Of a stretch of DNA of 64,000 bases, positions 54,834-64,000 are shown in pieces (within the stretch, counting starts at the first letter, position 1; each line of letters opens with the position of its first letter). Both the position numbers and the translations under genes were made by a program. Source of the DNA: the human T2T-CHM13v2.0 reference genome, Homo sapiens. The DNA is taken from NCBI RefSeq assembly GCF_009914755.1, contig NC_060939.1; one strand, given 5' to 3'. Under the pieces are notes generated by a model. The model did no database searches. It had not been told where the DNA came from and saw only the letters and a list, made by a program, of their open reading frames with translations.

Positions 54834-57800
54834 CTAGGATGTGCCTAAATTAACTTTTTGACATAACCCTGTACTGATCATCCAGGTGATGGAGATTTTG
54901 TCTAGGCTCTGCCTAAGGGGGCATTGTGACATATTTCTGCATTGATCACCCAGGTGGCGAACTCTTCTCTCGGATCTGCCTATGGGGACATTGTGAGAAA
55001 TCTCTGCACTGATCACCCAGGTGATGTAACTGTTGTGTAACCTCTGCCTACAGGGGAATTGTGAGAGATCTCGTCACTCATTACCCAAGTGATGTAACCA
55101 TTGCCTAGGCTTTGCGTACAGGGGGCTTTGTGACATACCTTTGCACTGATCACCCAGGTGATGTAACACATCTAAGTTCGGCCTAAAGGAGCTTTGTGAC
55201 ATATCTCTGCACTGATCACTTAGGTGATGTAACACTTTTATAATCACTGCCTACAGGGAATTTTGACAAATCTCTGCACTGATCACCTAGGTGATGTAAC
55301 TCTTGTCTACCCTCTGTCCAATGGGGCATTGTGAAATATCTCTGCACTGATCACCCAGGTGATTCAACTCTTGACTAGGAACTGCCTACAGAGGTTATTG
55401 TGAAATATCTCTGCACTGATCAACAAGGTGGTGTAAACCTTGTCCAAGTGCTGCCTACAGGGGCGTTTCCATATATCCCTGAACTGATGACAAAGGTGAT
55501 GTAACTCTTTCCTAGGCTATGCCTACAGGGTACATTGGACATATATCTGCACTGATCACCCAGGTGATGCAAATCTTGCCTAGGGTTTGCCTTCAGGGGA
55601 CATCGTGACATATCTCTTCAATGATCACTCATGTGATGCATCTCTTGCCTATGCTTTGCCTACAGGGGACATTGTGACATATCTCACCACTGATCTCCCA
55701 GGTGCTGTAACTTTAGTCTAGGCTCTGGCTACACGGCATTGTGACATATCACTGCACTGATCAACCAGGTGATATAACTCTTGTATAGGCTCTGCCTACA
55801 GGGGGATTGTGACCTACCTCTACACTGATCACCCAGGTGATACAACTCTTCTCTAGTATCTGCCTACAAGTACTTTGTGACATATCCCTGCACTGATCAC
55901 CCAGGTGATCTAACTCTGGTCTAAGCTCTTCCTAAAGGGGCATTGTGACAGATCTCTGCACTGATCACTCTGGAGATGTAAGGATTGTCTAGGCTCTGCT
56001 TCAAGGGGCCTTGTCACATATCTCTGCACTGATCACCCAGGTGATGTAACTCTTGTTTAGGCTCTGCTTCGAGGGCATATTGTGACATATCTATGCACTG
56101 ATCACCTTAGTGATGTAACACTTTGGTAGGCTCGGTCTACAGGGGAATCTTGACATATCTCTGCACTGTTAACCGAGGTGATTTAACTCTTGTCTAGGCT
56201 GTGCCCACAGGGGGATTGAGACATATCTCTGCAGTAATCCCGAGGTGATACAACTCTTGCCTGGTCTCCGCCTACTGTGGACATTGTGACATAACTCTGC
56301 ACTGATCTCCCAGGTGCTGTAACTTTAGTCTAGGCTCTGGCTACACGGCATTGTGACATATCACTGCACTGATCACCCAGGCGATATAACTCTTCTCTAG
56401 GATCTGACCACAGGGTGCTTTTTGACATATCCCTGCAATGATCACCCAGGTGATATACCACTTGCCAAGGCTCTGCCTACAGGGGCATTACAATGTATCT
56501 CTGCACTGATCACCTAGGTCTTGTAGCTATTTTCTAGGATCTGCCTACAGGGTGCTTTGTGACGTGTCCCAGCAAGGATTACCCAGGTGATGTACCTCTC
56601 ATCAAGTCCCTGCCTACAGGCACATTGTGATGTATCTCTGCACTGATCACCTCGGTCATGTAAATTTTTTCTAGGCTCTACCAACGACGGCATTCTGACA
56701 TATCTCTGCACTAATCATCCAAGTGATGTAACTCTTGTCTAGGATGTGCCTAAATTAACTTTTTGACATAACCCTGTACTGATCATCCAGGTGTTGGAGC
56801 TTTTGTCTGGGCTCTGCCTAAGGGGGCATTGTGACATATTTCTGCATTGATCACCCAGGTGGCGAACTCTACTCTCGGATCTGCCTATGGGGGCATTTTG
56901 AGAAATCTCTGCACTGATCACCAAGGTGATGTAACTGTTGTGTAACCTCTGTCTACAGGGGAATTGTGAGAGATCTCGCCACTGATTACCCAAGTGATGT
57001 AATCGTTGTCTAGGCTTTGCGTACAGGGGGCTTTGTGACATACCTTTGCACTGATCACCCAGGTGATGTAACACATCTAAGTTCGGCCTAAAGGAGCTTT
57101 GTGACATATCTCTGCACTGATCGCTTAGGTGATGTAACACTTTTATAATCACTGGCTACAGGGAATTTTGACAAACCTCTGCACTGGTCACCTAGGTGAT
57201 GTAACTCTTGTCTACCCTCTGTCCAACGGGGCATTGTGAAATATCTCTGCACTGATCACCCAGGTGATTCAACTCTAGACTAGGGACTGCCTACAGAGGT
57301 TATTGTGAAATATCTCTGCACTGATAAACTAGGTGGTGTAACCCTTGTCCAAGCTCTGCCTACAGGGGCGTTTCCACATATCCCTGAACTGATGACAGAG
57401 GTGATGTAACTCTTGCCTAGGCTTTGCCTACAGGGAACATTGGACATATATCTGCACTGATTACCCAGGTGATGCAACTCTTTCCTAGGCTTTGCCTACA
57501 GGGGACATTGTGACATATCTCTTCAATGATCACTCATGTGATGCATCTCTTGCCTAGGCTTTGCCTACAGGGGACATTGTGACATATCTCTGCACTGATG
57601 TCCCAGGTTCCGTAACTTTAGTCTAAGCTCTGGCTACACGGCATTGTGACATATCACTGCACTGATCAACCAGGTGATATAACTCTTGCATAGGCTCTGC
57701 CTACAGGGGGATTGTGACCTACCTCTGCACTGATCACCCAGGTGATATAACTCTTCTCTAGGATCTTCCTACAGGGTACTTTGTGACATATCCCTGCACT

Positions 57801-60800
57801 GGTCACCCAGGTGATTTATCTCTGGTCTAAGCTCTGCCTAAAGGGGCCTTGTCACATATCTCTGCACTGATCACCCAGGTGATGTAACTCTTGTCTAGGC
57901 TCTGCTTCCTGGGCATATTGTGACATATCTATGCACTGATCACCTTAGTGATGTAACACTTTGGTAGGCTAGGCCTACAGGGGAATCTTGACATATCTCT
58001 GCACTGTTAACCGAGGTGATTTAACTCTTGTCTAGGCTGCGCCCACAGGGGGATTGAGACATATCTCTGCACTGATCCCGAGGTGATACAACTCTTGCCT
58101 GGTCTCTGCCTACTGTGGACATTGTGACATATCTCTGCACTGATCTCCCAGGTGCTGTAACTTTAGTCTAGGCTCTGGCTACACGGCATTGTGACATATC
58201 ACTGCACTGATCACCCAGGCGATATAACTCTTCTCTAGGATCTGACCACAGGGTGCTTTGTGACATATCCCTGCAATGATCACCCAGGTGATATACCACT
58301 TGCCAAGGCTCTGCCTACAGGGGCATTGCAATGTATCTCTGCACTGATCACCTAGGTCTTGTAGCTATTTTCTAGGATCTGCCTACAGGGTGCTTTGTGA
58401 GGTGTCCCAGCAAGGATTACCCAGGTGATGTACCTCTCATCAAGGCTCTGCCTACAGGCACATTGTGATGTATCTCTGCACTGATCACCTAGGACATGTA
58501 ACTTTTTTCTAGGCTCTACCTACGATGGCATTGTGACATATCTCTGCACTAATCATCCAAGTGATGTAACTCTTGTCTAGGATGTGCCTAAATTAACTTT
58601 TTGACATAACCCTGTACTGATCATCCAGGTGATGGAGCTTTTGTCTAGGCTCTGCCTAAGGGGGCATTGTGACATATTTCTGCATTGATCCCCCAGGTGT
58701 CGAACTCTTCTCTCATATCTGCCTATGGGGGCATTGTGAGAAATCTCTGTACTGATCACCCAGGTGATGTAACTGTTGTGTAACCTCTGCCTACAGGGGA
58801 ATTGTGAGAGATCTCGCAACTGATTACCCAAGTGATGTAACCGTTGTCTAGGCTTTGCGTACAGGGGACTTTGTGACATACCTTTGCACTGATCACCCAG
58901 GTGATGTAACACATCTAAGTTCGGCCTAAAGGAGCTTTGTGACATATCTCTGCACTGATCACTTAGGTGATGTAACACTTTTATAATCACTGCCTACAGG
59001 GAATTTTGACAAATCTCTGCACTGATCACCTAGGTGATGTAACTCTTGTCTACCCTCTGTCCAACGGGGCATTGTGAAATATCTCTGCACTGATCACCCA
59101 GGTTATTCATCTTTTCACTAGGAACTGCCTACAGAGGTTATTGTGAAATATCTCTGCACTGATAAACTAGGTGGTGTAACCCTTCTCCAAGCTCTGCCTA
59201 CAGGGACGTTTCCACATATCCCTGAACTGATGACAGAGGTGATGTAACTCTTGCCTAGGCTTTGCCTACAGGGAACATTGTGACATATCTCTTCAATTAT
59301 CACTCATGTGATGCATCTCTTGCCTATGCTTTGCCTACAGGGGACATTGTGACATATCTCTTCACTGATCTCCAAGGTGCTGTAACTTTATTCTAGGCTC
59401 TGGCTACACGGCATTGTGACATATCACTGCACTGATCAACCAGGTGATATAACCCTTGTATAGGCTCTGCCTACAGGAGGATTGTGACCTACCTCTGCAC
59501 TGATCACCCAGGTGATATAACTCTTCTCTAGGATCTGCCTACAGGGTACTTTGTGACATATCCCTGCACTGATCACCCAGGTGATCTAACTCTGGTCTAA
59601 GCTCTGCCTAAAGGGGCATTGTGACAGATCTCTGCACTGATCACTCTGGTGATGTAAGTATTGTCTAGGCTCTGCTTCAAGGGGCCTTGTCACATATCTC
59701 TGCACTGATCACCCAGGTGTTTTAACTCTTGTCTAGGCTCTGCTTCCAGAGCATATTGTGACATATCTATGCCCTGATCACCTTAGTGATGTAACGCTTT
59801 GGTAGGCTCGGCCTACAGGGGAATCTTGACATATCTCTGCACTGTTAACCGAGGTGACTTAACTCTTGTCTAGGCTGTGCCCACAGGGGTATTGAGACAT
59901 ATCTCTGCACTGATCCCGAGGTGATACAACTCTTGCCTGGTCTCTGCCTACTGTGGACATTGTGACATATCTCTGCAATGATCTCCCAGGTGCTGTAACT
60001 TTAGTCTAGGCTCTGAATTCACGGCATTGTGACTTATCACTGCACTGATCACCCAGGCGATATAACTCTTCTCTAGGATCTGACCACAGGGTGCTTTGTG
60101 ACATATCCCTGCAATGATCACCCAGGTGATATACCACTTGCCAAGGCTCTGCCTACAGGGGCATTGCAATGTATCTCTGCACTGATCACCTAGGTCTTGT
60201 AGCTATTTTCTAGGATCTGCCTACAGGGTTCTTTGTGACGTGTCCCAGCAAGGATTACCCAGGTGACGTACCTCTCATCAAGACTCTGCCTACAGGCACA
60301 TTGTGATGTATCTCTGCACTGATCACCTAGGTCATGTAACTTTTTTCTAGGCTCTACCTACGATGGCATTGTGACATATCTCTGCACTAATCATCCAAGT
60401 GATGTAACTCTTGTCTAGGATGTGCCTAAATTAACTTTTTGACATAACCCTGTACTGATCATCCAGGTGATGGAGCTTTTGTCTAGGCTCTGCCTAAGGG
60501 GGCATTGTGACATATTTCTGCATTGATCACCCAGGTGGCGAACTCTTCTCTCGGATCTGCCTATGGGGGCATTGTGAGAAATATCTGCACTGATCACCCA
60601 GGTGATGTAACAGTTGTGTAACCTCTGCCTACAGGGGAATTGTGAGAGATCTCGTCACTGATTACCCAAGTGATGTAACCGTTGTCTAGGCTTTGTGTAC
60701 AAGGGGCTTTGTGACATACATTTGCACTGATCACCCAGGTGATGTAATTCATCTAAGTTCGGCCTAAAGGAGCTTTGTGACATATCTCTGCACTGATCAT

Positions 60801-63800
60801 TTAGGTGATGTAACACTTTTATAATCACTGCCTACAAGGAATTTTGACAAATCTCTGCACTGATCACCTAGGTGATGTAACTCTTGTCTACCCTCTGTCC
60901 AACGGGGCATTGTGAAATATCTCTGCACTGATCACCCAGGTGATTCAACTCTTGACTAGGAACTGCCTACAGAGGTTATTGTGAAATATCTCTGCACTGA
61001 TAAACTAGGTGGTGTAACCCTTGTCCAAGCTCTGCCTTCAGGGGCGTTTCCACATATCCCTGAACTGATGACAAAAGTCATGTAACTCTTGCCTAGGCTT
61101 TGCCTACAGGGAACATTGGACATATATCTGCACTGATCACCCAGGTGTTGCAACTCTTGCCTTGGCTTTGCCTACAGGGGACATCGTGACATATCTCTTC
61201 AATGATCTCTCATGTGATGCATCTCTTGCCTAGGCTTTGCCTACAGGGGACATTGTGACATATCTCTGCACTGATCTCCCAGGTGCTGTAACTTTAGTCT
61301 AAGCTCTGGCTACAAGGCATTGTGACATATCACTGCACTGATCAACCAGGTGATATAACTCTTGCATAGGCTCTGCCTACAGGGGGATTGTGACCTACCT
61401 CTGCACTGATCACCCAGGTGATATAACTCTTCTCTAGGATCTTCCTACAGGGTACTTTGTGACATATCCCTGCACTGATCACCCAGGTGATTTATCTCTG
61501 GTCTAAGCTCTGCCTAAAGGGGCCTTGTCACATATCTCTGCACTAATCACTCTGGTGATGTAAGTATTTTCTAGGCTCTGCTTCAAGGGGCCTTGTCACA
61601 TACCTCTGCACTGATCACCCAGGTGATGTAACTCTTGTCTAGGCTCTGCTTCCAGGGCATATTGTGACATATCTATGCACTGATCACCTTAGTGATGTAA
61701 CACTTTGGTAGGCTCGGCCTACAGGGGAATCTTGACATATCTCTGCACTGTTAACAGAGGTGACTTAACTCTTGTCTAGGCTGTGCCCACAGGGGGATTG
61801 AGACATATCTCTGCACTGATCCCGAGGTGATACAACTCTTGTCTGGTCTCTGCCTTCTGTGGACATTGTGACATATCTCTGCAATGATCTCCCAGGTGCT
61901 GTAACTTTAGTCTAGGCTCTGGCTACACGGCATTGTGACATATCACTGCAATGATCACCCAGGCGATATAACTCTTCTCTAGGATCTGACCACAGGGTGC
62001 TTTGTGATATATCCCTGCAATGATAACCCAGGTGATATACCACTTGCCAAGGCTCTGCCTACAGGGGCATTGCAATGTATCTCTGCACTGATCACCTAGG
62101 TCTTGTAGCTATTTTCTAGGATCTGCCTACAGGGTTCTTTGTGACGTGTCCCAGCAAGGATTACCCAGGTGACGTACCTCTCATCAAGACTCTGCCTACA
62201 GGCACATTGTGATGTATCTCTGCACTGATCACCCAGGTCATGTAACTTTTTCTAGGCTCTACCTATGATGGCATTGTGACATATCTCTGCACTAATCATC
62301 CAAGTGATGTAACCCTTGTCTAGGATGTGCCTAAATTAACTTTTTGACATAACCCTGTACTGATCATCCAGGTGATGGAGCTTTTGTCTAGGCTCTGCCT
62401 AAGGGGGCATTGTGACATATTTCTGCATTGATCACCCAGGTGGCAAACTCTTCTCTCGGATCTGCCTATGGGGGCATTGTGAGAAATCTCTGCACTGATA
62501 ACCCAGGTGATGTAACTGTTGTGTAACCTCTGCCTACAGGGGAATTGTGAGAGATCTCGTCACTGATTACCCAAGTGATGTAACCGATGTCTAGGCATTG
62601 CATACAGGGGGCTTTGTGACATACATTTGCACTGATCACCCAGGTGATGTAACACATCTAAGTTCGGCCTAAAGGAGCTTTGTGACATATCTCTGCACTG
62701 ATCACTTAGGTGATGTAACACTTTTATAATCACTGCCTACAGGGAATTTTGACAAATCTCTGCACTGATCACCTAGGTGATGTCACTCTTGTCTACCCTC
62801 TGTGCAACGGGGCCTTGTGAAATATCTCTGCACTGATCACCCAGGTGATTCAACTCTTGACTAGGAACTGCCTACAGAGTTTATTGTGAAATATCTCTGC
62901 ACTGATAAACTAGGTGGTGTAAACCTTGTCCAAGCTCTGCCTACAGGGGCGTTTCCACATATCCCTGAACTGATGACAAAGGTGATGTAACTCTTGCCTA
63001 GGCTTTGCCTACAGGGAACATTTGACATATATCTGCACTGATCACCCAGGTGATGCAACTCTTGCCTAGGCTTTGCCTACAGGGGACATTGTGACATATC
63101 TCTTCAATGATCACTCATGTGATGCATCTCTTGCCTAGGCTTTGCCTACAGGTGACATTGTGACATATCTCTGCACTGATCTCCCAGGTGCTGTAACTTT
63201 AGTCTAGGCTCTGGCTACACGGCATTGTGACATATCACTGCACTGATCAACCAGGTGATATAACTCTTGTATAGGCTCTGCCTACAGGGGGATTGTGACC
63301 TACCACTGCACTGATCACCCAGGTGATATAACTCTTCTCTAGGATCTGCCTACAGGGTACTTTGTGACATATCCCTGCACTGATCACCCAGGTGATCTAA
63401 CTCTGGTCTAAGCTCTGCCTAAAGGGGCATTGTGACAGATCTCTGCACTGATCACTCTGGTGATGTAAGTATTGTCTAGGCTCTGCTTCAAGGGGCCTTG
63501 TCATATACCTCTGCACTGATCACCCAGGTGATGTAACTCTTGTCTAGGCTCTGCTTCCAGGGCATATTGTGACATATCTAGGCACTGATCACCTTAGTGA
63601 TGTAACACTTTGGTAGGCTCGGCCTACAGGGGAATCTTGACATATCTCTGCACTGTTAACCGAGGTGATTTAACTTTTGTCTAGGCTGTGCCCACAGGGG
63701 GATTGAGACATATCTCTGCACTGATCCCGTGGTGATAAAACTCTTGCCTGGTCTCTGCCTACTGTGGACATTGAGACATATCTCTGCACTGATCTCCCAG

Positions 63801-64000
63801 GTGCTGTAACTTTAGTCTAGGCTGTGGCTACACGGCATTGTGACATATCACTGCACTGATCACCCAGGCGATACAGCTCTTCTCTAGGATCTGACCACAG
63901 GGTGCTTTGTGACATCTCCCTACAATGATCACCCAGGTGATATACCACTTGCCAAGGCTCTGCCTACAGGGCATTGCAATGTATCTCTGCACTGATCACC
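50982..64000 (+). repeat. Second, partial copy of the 51-kb macro-repeat, near-identical to 1-13023
   Basis: The ORF track repeats with identical rare translations at constant offsets (4439/55420, 5533/56514, 8137/59118, 11884/62861). Private motifs are shared, e.g. CATGGCTCTGCGTAC, ATCTCACCACTG, GGTTATTCATCTTTTCAC and CTCTGAATTCAC. Confidence 0.93.

Larger units (their letters stand above)
1..64000 (+). repeat. Beta satellite (68-bp Sau3A family, BSR/Beta) tandem array filling the entire window in one orientation
   Basis: The core CTGCACTGATCACCCAGGTGATGTAACTCTTGTCTAGGCTCTGCCTACAGGGG recurs every 66-69 bp throughout, with a Sau3A GATC site in most monomers. Unit length and consensus match hominoid beta satellite as I know it. 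No non-satellite sequence was seen. Confidence 0.97.

Noticed and set aside
452-63058. Repeated minus-strand ORFs of 60-137 aa with His/Cys-rich motifs (HHLGDQC...)
   Set aside because: They are translations of the satellite itself. The 68-bp unit shifts frame each monomer, the ORFs are freely broken by stops and indels among HOR copies, and there is no C2H2 spacing or recognisable domain. The strand bias is explained by the many TGA/TAA/TAG triplets in the plus-strand consensus.
1-64000. CRISPR-like appearance (conserved palindromic part plus variable part, about 68-bp period)
   Set aside because: The apparent spacers are homologous to one another and recur in fixed HOR order. There is no leader and there are no cas genes, and the sequence matches eukaryotic beta satellite.
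1-64000. Alpha satellite, CENP-B boxes or HSat2/3
   Set aside because: The period is 68 bp rather than 171 bp, and I saw no CENP-B box or (CATTC)n/(GGAAT)n tracts.
1-64000. Embedded Alu/L1/LTR, LSau/D4Z4 (DUX4-like) composite units, rDNA or inversions
   Set aside because: Every anchor-to-anchor interval is an integer number of monomers in the same orientation, leaving no room for inserts. There is no GC-rich or poly(A) sequence.
1-64000. Assignment to a specific chromosome (acrocentric short arm, chr1, chr9 or Y) or species
   Set aside because: There is no unique flanking sequence, so assignment requires alignment to T2T assemblies.

Overview
The whole 64 kb window is one uninterrupted, single-orientation array of hominoid, most likely human, beta satellite (68-bp Sau3A/BSR family). 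The monomer consensus read by eye is GATCACCCAGGTGATGTAACTCTTGTCTAGGCTCTGCCTACAGGGGCATTGTGACATATCTCTGCACT. I found no genes, RNA genes, transposon insertions or CRISPR arrays; all listed ORFs are chance minus-strand translations of the repeat. The interest lies in the nested architecture. (1) The 68-bp monomer builds a 28-monomer higher-order repeat (HOR) of about 1905 bp, with 23-, 27-, 29- and 37-mer structural variants whose breakpoints can be read from the sequence. (2) Local multi-HOR units exist: a 3.4-kb 27+23 pair and an 8.2/8.85-kb four-HOR unit. (3) A near-identical macro-repeat of about 50.98 kb (26 HORs, about 749 monomers) spans the window, with positions 1-13023 recurring at 50982-64000. 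HOR lengths were measured from a once-per-HOR anchor (CTAGGATGTG(C/T)CTAA) at 452, 2289, 3853, 5758, 7596, 9438, 11343, 13248, 15154, 17060, 18966, 20940, 22776, 24683, 26519, 29038, 30947, 32851, 34756, 37275, 39181, 41086, 43606, 46126, 48032, 49869, 51433, 53270, 54834, 56739, 58577, 60415 and 62320. Monomer labels M1-M28 are my own, with M1 being the monomer that contains the anchor. All comparisons were made by eye, not by alignment software.
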